Shown here: positions 56,434 through 64,000 of the stretch, in pieces
Layout of the letters: the number at the start of each line of letters is the position of its first letter
Position numbering within the stretch: the first letter of the stretch is position 1
NCBI GenBank assembly: GCA_040880725.1
Contig: JBBDHV010000030.1
Coordinates: 26,643-90,642, forward strand
Origin: Acidimicrobiia bacterium
Lineage (GTDB): Bacteria; Actinomycetota; Acidimicrobiia; Spongiisociales; ZC4RG35
Length of the DNA stretch: 64,000 bases
Direction of reading: 5' to 3'
Notes under the pieces: generated by a model
What the model was told of the DNA's origin: nothing
Database searches by the model: none
Seen by the model: the letters and a program-made list of their open reading frames with translations, nothing else
Position numbers and translations under genes: made by a program

Positions 56434-56499
56434 CCGCCCTGCCGGCTCGGTTCCTTCGGTCGAGCGATGACGGCGTCCTGGTGGCGTACCCTGGGAGCC

Positions 56500-58170
56500 A
56501 TGAGCCTCAAGATCCACTCCCAGGACGTCACGGAGGGTCCGTCGAAGGCCGGAGCACGCGCCATGCTGCGTGCGGTCGGTCTGACCGACGATGACTTCTC
56601 CAAGCCCCAGGTCGGACTCGTCTCCGCCGGGAACGAAGTCACCCCTTGCAACATCACCGGACCCGAACTCGCCGACAAGGCGAAGGAAGGCGTCATTTCG
56701 AGTGGGGGTGTCGGTCTCACGTTCGCCACGATCGCAGTTTCGGACGGCATCTCGATGGGACACGAAGGGATGCGCGCGTCGCTGGTGTCGCGGGAGGTCA
56801 TCGCCGACTCGGTGGAACTCGTCATGCATGGCGAGCGGTTCGACGCCATGGTCACCATCGCCGGATGCGACAAGTCGCTGCCCGGCATGTTGATGGCGGC
56901 GGCACGGACGAATCTTCCATCGGTCTTCCTGTACGGCGGGTCGTCGCTGCCAGGGCGCTACAAGGACCGTGACATCGACATCGTCGACGTGTTCGAAGGA
57001 ATTGGCGCACTGTCCGACGGGCGCATCACTGCCGACGAGATGCTCGAGATCGAGCGCAACGCCTGCCCGGGGGCGGGATCGTGCGCAGGGATGTTCACTG
57101 CGAACACCATGGCTTCGGTCGGCGAAGCGATCGGCATGTCGCTGCCCGGTTCGGCATCGGTTCCCGCCATCGATCCTCGTCTGCGGGACTACGCCGTCCA
57201 GTCAGGGGAGACCGTGATGCAGCTGCTGGCGGACAATCTTCGGCCCCGCCAGATCATGACCCGGCCCGCATTCGAGAACGCGATCACCACCGTGATGGCC
57301 CTCGGAGGTTCGACCAACGCCGTGCTCCATTTGATGGCGATCGCCCACGAGGCCGAAGTCGAACTGACGTTGGAGGACTTCGACCGGATCAGCCGGCGCA
57401 CACCGCACATCGGCGATCTGCGCCCGTTCGGCAAGTACCACATGGTCGGGCTGGATCGCATCGGGGGCGTGCCCGTGGTGCTCAAGGCGCTGCTGGACGA
57501 AGGACTGATCCAGGGCGACGTTCTCACCGTGACCGGGCGAACTGTCGCCGAGAACCTGGAAGGTGTGACCGTTCCGACCGACCAGGATGTGATCCGGCCC
57601 TTGCACGAGCCACTGGCGCGGGAGGGTGGAATCGCCGTGCTGCGCGGGTCCCTCGCTCCCGACGGAGCGGTCGTGAAGGTGGCAGGAATCGATCTGGACA
57701 CCTTCGAAGGCCCCGCCCGAGTCTTCGAGGGCGAGCAGTTCGCGCTCGACGCGTTGTTCAACCATCGCATCAACAAAGGCGACATCGTGGTCATCCGCAC
57801 CGAGGGCCCCAAAGGCGGTCCGGGCATGCGCGAGATGCTGCAGATCACTGCCGCCATCAAGGGGGCAGGCCTCGGCAAGGATGTGCTCCTGATCACCGAC
57901 GGTCGGTTCTCGGGCGGTACCACCGGACTGTGCATCGGCCACGTCGCACCCGAGTCCGAGGTGGGGGGCCCGATCGGTCTCGTCGAAGAAGGAGATCGCA
58001 TTCGGGTCGAACTCTCGTCCCGTCGGCTCGACGTGTTGGTCTCCGAAGATGTGCTCTCCGAACGCAGGGCGAACTGGAAGCCGCAGCCGCCTCGCTACAC
58101 CTCGGGCGTACTTGCCAAGTACGCGACGCTTGTCGGCTCCGCGGAGACCGGTGCGGTCACGACCGCGTGA
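56500..58170 (+). CDS. ilvD: Dihydroxy-acid dehydratase
   Basis: [46 protein letters not shown]. Confidence 0.97.
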   Translation: MSLKIHSQDVTEGPSKAGARAMLRAVGLTDDDFSKPQVGLVSAGNEVTPCNITGPELADKAKEGVISSGGVGLTFATIAVSDGISMGHEGMRASLVSREVIADSVELVMHGERFDAMVTIAGCDKSLPGMLMAAARTNLPSVFLYGGSSLPGRYKDRDIDIVDVFEGIGALSDGRITADEMLEIERNACPGAGSCAGMFTANTMASVGEAIGMSLPGSASVPAIDPRLRDYAVQSGETVMQLLADNLRPRQIMTRPAFENAITTVMALGGSTNAVLHLMAIAHEAEVELTLEDFDRISRRTPHIGDLRPFGKYHMVGLDRIGGVPVVLKALLDEGLIQGDVLTVTGRTVAENLEGVTVPTDQDVIRPLHEPLAREGGIAVLRGSLAPDGAVVKVAGIDLDTFEGPARVFEGEQFALDALFNHRINKGDIVVIRTEGPKGGPGMREMLQITAAIKGAGLGKDVLLITDGRFSGGTTGLCIGHVAPESEVGGPIGLVEEGDRIRVELSSRRLDVLVSEDVLSERRANWKPQPPRYTSGVLAKYATLVGSAETGAVTTA

Positions 58171-58466
58171 TCAAGGTCTATGCGATCGTCCTTGCGGTCG
58201 GTGTGGTCCTGCTGATCGCATGGATCCTGATGACGGTCCTGGCAGGAAATCTCGACCGTCCCTCGATCGATCCTGAGGCACGGTTCGGCCTTGCCGGACG
58301 CCGAGTTGTCGCCGGATCGGTCGGGTTCGGCATGGCGGGCATGTCAGCGGAGTACTCACCGCTGGGTATCTCGTGGCCGCTCGCACTCGTACTGGCTGTG
58401 GCCGGGGGTGGGGCGCTCGCCTGGTACTCGGCGAAGGTGGGCCTCGAATCCGACGAAACCGCGTGA
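58167..58466 (+). CDS. Small 3-TM hypothetical membrane protein
   Basis: GTGA overlap with ilvD stop; hydrophobic helices with FGMAGMSA. Confidence 0.7.
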   Translation: MIKVYAIVLAVGVVLLIAWILMTVLAGNLDRPSIDPEARFGLAGRRVVAGSVGFGMAGMSAEYSPLGISWPLALVLAVAGGGALAWYSAKVGLESDETA

Positions 58467-58467
58467 C

Positions 58468-59253
58468 GTGCTGATCGTCTCCGACGTCCACGGTGCCTTC
58501 GAGCCGCTCGCCGCGCTGGCCCGCGGCCCGGAGCCGGTGCTCGTGCTGGGCGACCTTCTCAACCTCATGGACTACCGGACAGGCGAGGGCATCACCGCGG
58601 ACATACTCGGCCGTGACGTTGCCAGGCGTATCGGTCGAGCGCGGGCTGCCGGCGACTTCGGTGGAATGCGGGCGATCTGGGCTGAAGAGATCGGATCGGA
58701 CCACGAGGGGTTTCGGGCACAGTTCGAGGCCGGGGCCGTCGGTCAGTACGAGGCGATGCGTGACGCCCTCGAAGGAACCAGCGGATACGCGACGTACGGC
58801 AATGTCGACCGTCCTGCGCAGCTGAAGTCCCACCTCCCGGAGGGATGGCGGTTCGTCGACGGCGAGGTGATCGAGTTGGAAGGCTGGAGGATCGGCATCG
58901 TCGGAGGGGGTGTTTCGACCCCGTTGCATGCGGCGGGCGAAGTCACCGACGAGGAGATGGAATCGAAGCTGCAGGCGATCGGCCCCGTGGACATCCTGTG
59001 TTCGCACCTCCCTCCGCAAGTGCGTCCGATGCACTTCGATGTGGTCACCGGCCGCAAGGAGCGGGCGTCGCGCCCCATCCTCGAATACCTGCTCGAACAT
59101 CGCCCGCAATACCACTACTACGGCGACGTTCATCAGCCGCAGGCCTCGCGGTGGCGGGTCGGAGACACCATCTGTCGCAACGTCGGCTACTTCCGGGCCA
59201 CCGCCCGCCCCGTGCGTCATGAGCCGAGGTTCGGTTCCGCCGCTGCTCGCTAG
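58468..59253 (+). CDS. Metallophosphoesterase
   Basis: SDVHG, LGDL, GNVD, SHLPP, GDVHQP (His of usual GHVH replaced by Asp), NVG. Confidence 0.88.
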   Translation: MLIVSDVHGAFEPLAALARGPEPVLVLGDLLNLMDYRTGEGITADILGRDVARRIGRARAAGDFGGMRAIWAEEIGSDHEGFRAQFEAGAVGQYEAMRDALEGTSGYATYGNVDRPAQLKSHLPEGWRFVDGEVIELEGWRIGIVGGGVSTPLHAAGEVTDEEMESKLQAIGPVDILCSHLPPQVRPMHFDVVTGRKERASRPILEYLLEHRPQYHYYGDVHQPQASRWRVGDTICRNVGYFRATARPVRHEPRFGSAAAR

Positions 59254-59285
59254 CCTGGGACTCCGAACACCAGGAGGATCCGCGC

Positions 59286-59732
59286 GTGGCCGAAGGGACC
59301 GTTCAAAGCATCGAAGTCGACGCAGATCCTGCTGCGTGTTTCGCGGTTGCGAGCGATGTCGCCGCCTATCCGGATTGGGCCACGGGAGTGCGGTCCACCG
59401 AGGTGATCGAAACGGACGACCAGGACCGGCCTTCCCGCGTTGCGTTCGTGATCGACGGGATGGTCAAGGAGATCGCCTACACCCTCACCTACTCCTACGA
59501 CGAGCCGCATTCGATGTCGTGGACCGCGGAGCCGGGTGCAGATCTCAAGTCGCTCGAAGGGTCCTACACGTTCAAGGAGCTCGGCGAGGGACGCACGGAG
59601 ATCGTCTACGCGCTGAAGGCGGACCCCTCGTTCACGATTCCCGGGTTTCTTCAGCGTCAGGTCGAAAAGCAGATCGTGGGTACGGCATTGCGCGGCCTTC
59701 GCGAGCGCGTCGGCGCCGTTGCGGGAGGCTGA
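59286..59732 (+). CDS. SRPBCC/polyketide cyclase family protein
   Basis: SI...A.P, D...YP.W, Y.L.Y, L.GSY. Confidence 0.88.
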   Translation: MAEGTVQSIEVDADPAACFAVASDVAAYPDWATGVRSTEVIETDDQDRPSRVAFVIDGMVKEIAYTLTYSYDEPHSMSWTAEPGADLKSLEGSYTFKELGEGRTEIVYALKADPSFTIPGFLQRQVEKQIVGTALRGLRERVGAVAGG

Positions 59733-59735
59733 GGC

Positions 59736-60926
59736 ATGCGCATCCTTCTCGTGACCGGGAAGGGTGGGGTCGGCAAGACCACCGTGGCCGCGGCGACCGC
59801 GCTGGCTGCAGCGGACCGCGGCTACCGCACCCTGGTCAGCTCGACAGATCCTGCCCACAGCCTGGCCGATGCCCTCGATGTCGCACTGGGTGATCGCCCG
59901 ACCCGGGTGGTCGAAAACCTCGACGGCCAGCAGATCGACACCCAGGAGCAACTCGAGCGGCATTGGGGGTCGATCCGCGACCAGCTGATGAACGTCTTCG
60001 ACTGGGGTGGGGTCGGCGGGATCGAAGCCGAAGAGTTCCTGGTGTTCCCCGGGATGGACGAGTTGTTCGCCCTGCTGGACGTCAACGAGCACGCACGTTC
60101 GGGTGACTACGACCTCCTCGTCGTCGACTGCGCCCCCACCGCAGAGACCCTGCGCTTGTTGAGTCTGCCCGAAGTCCTGTCGTGGTACTTCGAGCGGGTC
60201 ATGCCCACCGAGCGGCGGATCATGCGGGCTGCTCGCCCGTTCCTCACCAGGATGACCGACCTTCCGGTCCCCGAAGACCGCATGTTCGAGGCCGCCCAGT
60301 CAGTGTTCGAAGGCATCGAGCAAGTCAAGGAGTTGCTGTCCGATCCGACGGTGACGTCCGCACGGCTGGTGATGAACCCCGAGAAGATGGTCATCGACGA
60401 AGCGCGTCGGACCTACACCTATCTCGGCCTGTTCGGATATGGCGTGGACGGGGTCGTGGTCAACCGTGTCCTGCCGGACACGATCAGCGACCCGTACTTC
60501 GCCAAGTGGCGCACGATCCAGGCCGGGCATCTCGAGACGGTGGATTCGGCGTTCGCCGAGGTGCCGCGCTTGCGGCTGCGGCTCTTCGACGATGAGATGG
60601 TGGGTGTCGATCGGCTGCGGGAGATGGCCGCCGAGCTGTATCCGGAGGTCGACCCGGTGGCCGACTTCGAGGCGGTGAGCCCCTTCCACCTTCATGAGGA
60701 AGGCGATGAGGTGGTCGTCGAGATGGACGTGCCGTTCGCCTCGAAGGACGAGTTGGACGTGATCCGGCGCGGTACCGAGCTGGCGATCACCATCGGCCCG
60801 TACCGGCGCTCGCTGGTGCTCCCCGATTCGCTGCAGCGGCGTCCCGTCACAGCCGCGTCGCTCACCGAGGGCCGGTTGAAGATCCGGTTCGGTCAGGCGC
60901 CACGCAAGACGCGGAAACCGGCATGA
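59736..60926 (+). CDS. ArsA/GET3-like ATPase with C-terminal alpha-crystallin-like domain
   Basis: GKGGVGKTT, STDPAHSL.D, PGMDE, DCAPT.ETLR.L. Confidence 0.92.
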   Translation: MRILLVTGKGGVGKTTVAAATALAAADRGYRTLVSSTDPAHSLADALDVALGDRPTRVVENLDGQQIDTQEQLERHWGSIRDQLMNVFDWGGVGGIEAEEFLVFPGMDELFALLDVNEHARSGDYDLLVVDCAPTAETLRLLSLPEVLSWYFERVMPTERRIMRAARPFLTRMTDLPVPEDRMFEAAQSVFEGIEQVKELLSDPTVTSARLVMNPEKMVIDEARRTYTYLGLFGYGVDGVVVNRVLPDTISDPYFAKWRTIQAGHLETVDSAFAEVPRLRLRLFDDEMVGVDRLREMAAELYPEVDPVADFEAVSPFHLHEEGDEVVVEMDVPFASKDELDVIRRGTELAITIGPYRRSLVLPDSLQRRPVTAASLTEGRLKIRFGQAPRKTRKPA

Positions 60927-61123
60927 ACCCCGAGTCCGAGTCCGAGACCGCAGCCGCGTTGAAGCGTGCGGGAGTTCGTGTGGCGTTCCATTTGCTGCGG
61001 GCCGGCGTCGAATCGCTCAAGGCGATCGAGGCCGTCGTGGACGAACTCGGCAAGGTGGGGACACGCCGCAGCGACGAGGCGGAACCACCGGAGGACGGGC
61101 CGGTCCGCATCGAGGTCGAGTGA
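60923..61123 (+). CDS. Small hypothetical protein
   Basis: Overlaps both neighbours; HLL.AG.E.L.A and terminal RIEVE. Confidence 0.75.
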   Translation: MNPESESETAAALKRAGVRVAFHLLRAGVESLKAIEAVVDELGKVGTRRSDEAEPPEDGPVRIEVE

Positions 61124-62058
61124 CCGCGGTCGGGCTGGACCTCGGCGGGACGGCGCTCAAATACGTGGTGCTCGACTCCCGGGACGACGTCGTCGAGCGC
61201 GGACAGGTACCGGTGAGGCCCGGCGACGCACTCGATCTCGTCGTCCGCACCGCCCGCGAGCTGATTTCCGGCCACTCGTCACAGGCGGTCGGTGTGGGAC
61301 TCGCCGGACTCGTCACCTATCCGGACGGGGAGTTCGTCTGGGGTCCCCACCTTTCCGGTCACGCGGTTCCCTACCGGGCGGCGCTCCGTGATGCGCTCGG
61401 TTTCGCGGTGGCGGTGGACAACGACGCCAATCTCGCCGCCCACGCCGAATGGTTCGTCGGGGCAGGTGAACAAGTTGATCCGATGGTGATGGTCACGCTG
61501 GGCACCGGAATAGGGGTGGGCTGCGTCATCGACGGCCAGGTCTACCGGGGCGCGTCCTTCGCAGGTGAGGCGGGGCACATCGAGATGTTGCCGGACGGCG
61601 GCGAATGCTCGTGTGGGCGACGCGGGTGCTGGGAGACTCTGGTGTCAGGTGCGGTTCTCGACCGGAGCGCCGCGGAACTCGCTGTCGCCGACCCGACCGG
61701 TCCGGTCGCCATTCACGCCGACGGATCTCCGTCGACCGGCGTGCACCTCGCACTGGCCGCCGAGGCCGGTGACGTCGGAGCCGTTCGAGCCTTGTCCGAG
61801 GCGGGGGGATGGCTGGGCAGGGGGATCGCGAACCTGATATTGATGCTCGACCCGCGCCGGGTGGTGGTCGGCGGGGCGGCGGCGGCCGCAGGGCCGATCC
61901 TGTTCTCGGCCGCCCGCCAAGTCGTCGCTGCGGCCATGTCCGGCTCCGCTTTTCGGACGGAGGTTCCGATCGTGCCGGCTCGGTTCGGAACGTGGTCGGG
62001 TGCGGTGGGCGCTGCATTGGCCGGTCGGCGTGTACACAATGGTCGCGATGAATGGTGA
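61120..62058 (+). CDS. ROK family glucokinase
   Basis: GLDLGGT, NDAN.AA..E, TLGTGIG, GE.GH, C.CG..GCWE. Confidence 0.92.
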   Translation: MTAVGLDLGGTALKYVVLDSRDDVVERGQVPVRPGDALDLVVRTARELISGHSSQAVGVGLAGLVTYPDGEFVWGPHLSGHAVPYRAALRDALGFAVAVDNDANLAAHAEWFVGAGEQVDPMVMVTLGTGIGVGCVIDGQVYRGASFAGEAGHIEMLPDGGECSCGRRGCWETLVSGAVLDRSAAELAVADPTGPVAIHADGSPSTGVHLALAAEAGDVGAVRALSEAGGWLGRGIANLILMLDPRRVVVGGAAAAAGPILFSAARQVVAAAMSGSAFRTEVPIVPARFGTWSGAVGAALAGRRVHNGRDEW

Positions 62059-62470
62059 CCCGCTCAGACCGGACGAAGTGATCGAGCCCGGCGGCCGCAT
62101 GGAATTGCGGAAGCTGGCAGCCGACGCCGCCGGCACGATCCCCAACATGGGGAAGCTGATGTGGCGCCTGCTCCGCGATCCCAGGGTGCCACGGCGCACC
62201 AAGCTGGTTGTCGGCGCTGCTGTCGCATACGTGGCGTCCCCGGTAGATCTCGTTCCTGATTTTGTGCCAGTCATCGGCGTCGCCGACGATCTCCTGGTGT
62301 TGGCATTCGCCGTGCATCACATCGTCGAAATGGCCGGTGAGGATGTGGTGCTGGAACACTGGGATGGCTCCCGGGACCTTCTGGAGCTCGTCCGTTCGAT
62401 CCTCGACGTGGCGTCGGACTTCGTGCCGGCGCGGCTGCGCCGCACGGTGAATCGGCTGTCGGGCGCCTGA
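62048..62470 (+). CDS. YkvA/DUF1232 family protein
   Basis: DPRVP, Y..SP.DL.PDF.PV.G..DD. Confidence 0.9.
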   Translation: MNGDPLRPDEVIEPGGRMELRKLAADAAGTIPNMGKLMWRLLRDPRVPRRTKLVVGAAVAYVASPVDLVPDFVPVIGVADDLLVLAFAVHHIVEMAGEDVVLEHWDGSRDLLELVRSILDVASDFVPARLRRTVNRLSGA

Positions 62471-62506
62471 CCGGACGGCGGTCGGTGCTCCGTTAGCCTG
62501 CCGGCG

Positions 62507-63679
62507 ATGGACTTCCGCCGGATCGACAACCTCCCCCCGTACGTATTCGCCGAGGTCAACCACGCCAAGCTGGCCGCCCGTCGGGCCGGCGAGGACATCG
62601 TCGATCTGGGCTTCGGGAACCCCGATATCCCCTCCGCCCCCTTCGTCGTCGACAAACTGATCGAGGCGGCCGGGAACGAACGCAACCACCGCTACTCGGT
62701 TTCCAGAGGCCTCCCCAATCTCCGCAAGGCTGTCTCGGAGCGGTATCGCAGACGGTTCGGCGTGGAGTTGGATCCCGACACCGAGGTCATCTCCACCATC
62801 GGGGCGAAGGAGGGGCTCAGCCACCTCATGTGGACGCTGGTGCAGCCGGGTGATGCCGCCATCGTGCCCGAGCCCTCCTATCCGATCCACATCTACGCGC
62901 CGGTGCTGGCGGGTGCGGAAGTCCGTCGAGCGCCGATCACGTCCGAGGATGACTACTTCGAAGTGCTGGAGCGGATGTTCGGGAACTCGTGGCCCCGGCC
63001 TCGGGTGATCATCGTGTCATTTCCGCACAACCCCACCACCACAGTCGTCGAACTCGACTTCTTCGAAAAGCTCGTGGCCTTCGCGCACGAACACGGAGTG
63101 GTGCTCGTTCACGACTTCGCCTACGCGGACATCAGCTTCGACGGGTACACCCCGCCGTCGCTCCTGCAGGTGCCGGGAGCCAAGGAGGTCGGCGTGGAGC
63201 TGTACACGCTGACGAAAGGCCACTCCATGGCGGGGTGGAGGGTCGGGTTTCTCGTCGGGAATCCTGAGATCGTTGCTGCCCTCGGAAAGCTCAAGTCGTA
63301 CCTCGACTACGGCACGTTCCAACCGATCCAGATCGCCTCGATCATCGCTCTCAACGAAGGTGACGATTACGTGACGGAAGTCAACGAGATCTACTTGCGG
63401 CGCCGCGACACGCTGATCGACGGACTCGCCCGGGGCGGGTGGAAAGTCGACAGGCCCCGGGGAACCATGTTCGTGTGGGCTCCGATCCCCGATCCCTATC
63501 TCGACATGGGCTCCCTCGATTTCGCCTATCACCTGCTCGGCGAGGCAAAGGTCGCGGTGAGCCCCGGCGTGGGCTTCGGCCCGAGCGGCGACGGGTTCGT
63601 CAGGTTCGCCCTCGTTGAGAACGAACACCGCATCGCCCAGGCCACCCTCGGGCTGCGGCGGGCCCTCACCCGCCTCTGA
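62507..63679 (+). CDS. Class I/II PLP aminotransferase (AlaC-like)
   Basis: LPPYVFA, DLG.GNPD, HRYS.SRG, FPHNPT, HDFAY, K...MAGWRVG, KSYLDYG. Confidence 0.92.
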   Translation: MDFRRIDNLPPYVFAEVNHAKLAARRAGEDIVDLGFGNPDIPSAPFVVDKLIEAAGNERNHRYSVSRGLPNLRKAVSERYRRRFGVELDPDTEVISTIGAKEGLSHLMWTLVQPGDAAIVPEPSYPIHIYAPVLAGAEVRRAPITSEDDYFEVLERMFGNSWPRPRVIIVSFPHNPTTTVVELDFFEKLVAFAHEHGVVLVHDFAYADISFDGYTPPSLLQVPGAKEVGVELYTLTKGHSMAGWRVGFLVGNPEIVAALGKLKSYLDYGTFQPIQIASIIALNEGDDYVTEVNEIYLRRRDTLIDGLARGGWKVDRPRGTMFVWAPIPDPYLDMGSLDFAYHLLGEAKVAVSPGVGFGPSGDGFVRFALVENEHRIAQATLGLRRALTRL

Positions 63680-64000
63680 CGTTCTCGGTCACGATCGGAA
63701 TGAGATCGCCCAGGTCGGCGATCTCGTGGGTCACGATGTCCTCGGGAGCGCGCATCCGGCCCTGCGGGTTGTACCAGCAGGTGGCGATGCCGTAGTTCGC
63801 CCCGCCGGCGATGTCGGAGGTGAGACTGTCGCCGATCATCAGGGCGGATTCGGTTGCCGGGGCACCCAGGCGCTCGAACGCGATGTCGAAGATCTCTCTG
63901 CGTGGCTTCGTCACGCCCACCTCCGAGGAGATGACGACGGCGTCGAAACGGTCGGCGATTCCCAGCCGCGCCAGCCGTGCCCGTTGCACGTCGCTCAGGC
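63666..64000 (-). CDS. HAD hydrolase, YjjG-like (5' part outside window)
   Basis: IS.EVG..KP...[13 protein letters not shown]. Confidence 0.88.
   Translation of the reverse strand, partial: LSDVQRARLARLGIADRFDAVVISSEVGVTKPRREIFDIAFERLGAPATESALMIGDSLTSDIAGGANYGIATCWYNPQGRMRAPEDIVTHEIADLGDLIPIVTENVRGG

Noticed and set aside
59736-60926. Arsenic resistance locus
   Set aside because: Single-domain ArsA/GET3-like protein in the SRPBCC-glucokinase cluster with no arsB, arsC or arsR

Overview
High-GC actinobacterial chromosome segment, most like class Acidimicrobiia (inferred from gene families, LexA/Nur motifs and many leaderless promoters). It is mostly housekeeping: rnpB, trpD, Nur-like regulator plus Ni/Co ECF transporter, a complete System I cytochrome c maturation operon facing a two-component system, a his operon headed by a TrpR-like (YerC/HisR) regulator, pntAB, tricorn protease, ilvBNC-leuAB, queG, glgP, ilvD and the SRPBCC-ArsA-glucokinase cluster. 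Main signals the ORF track misses: (1) a pair of 48-nt palindromes (A and B) present once 33 nt apart (25447-25575) and once bracketing a single lipoprotein gene with its own promoter (6744-8230), like empty and loaded versions of a gene cassette; (2) a UGA-readthrough UxxC thioredoxin lipoprotein with a SECIS-like hairpin (3544-4176); (3) two ECF sigma loci with the putative anti-sigma gene first and the same GTAACG-N16-GAY promoter, one followed by a 125-nt rod-shaped RNA; (4) a Leu leader peptide coupled to the ilvC stop codon; (5) a palindromic repeat absorbed in-frame into ccmH. All calls are by eye; no searches or folding programs were run, and several start codons are my best estimates.
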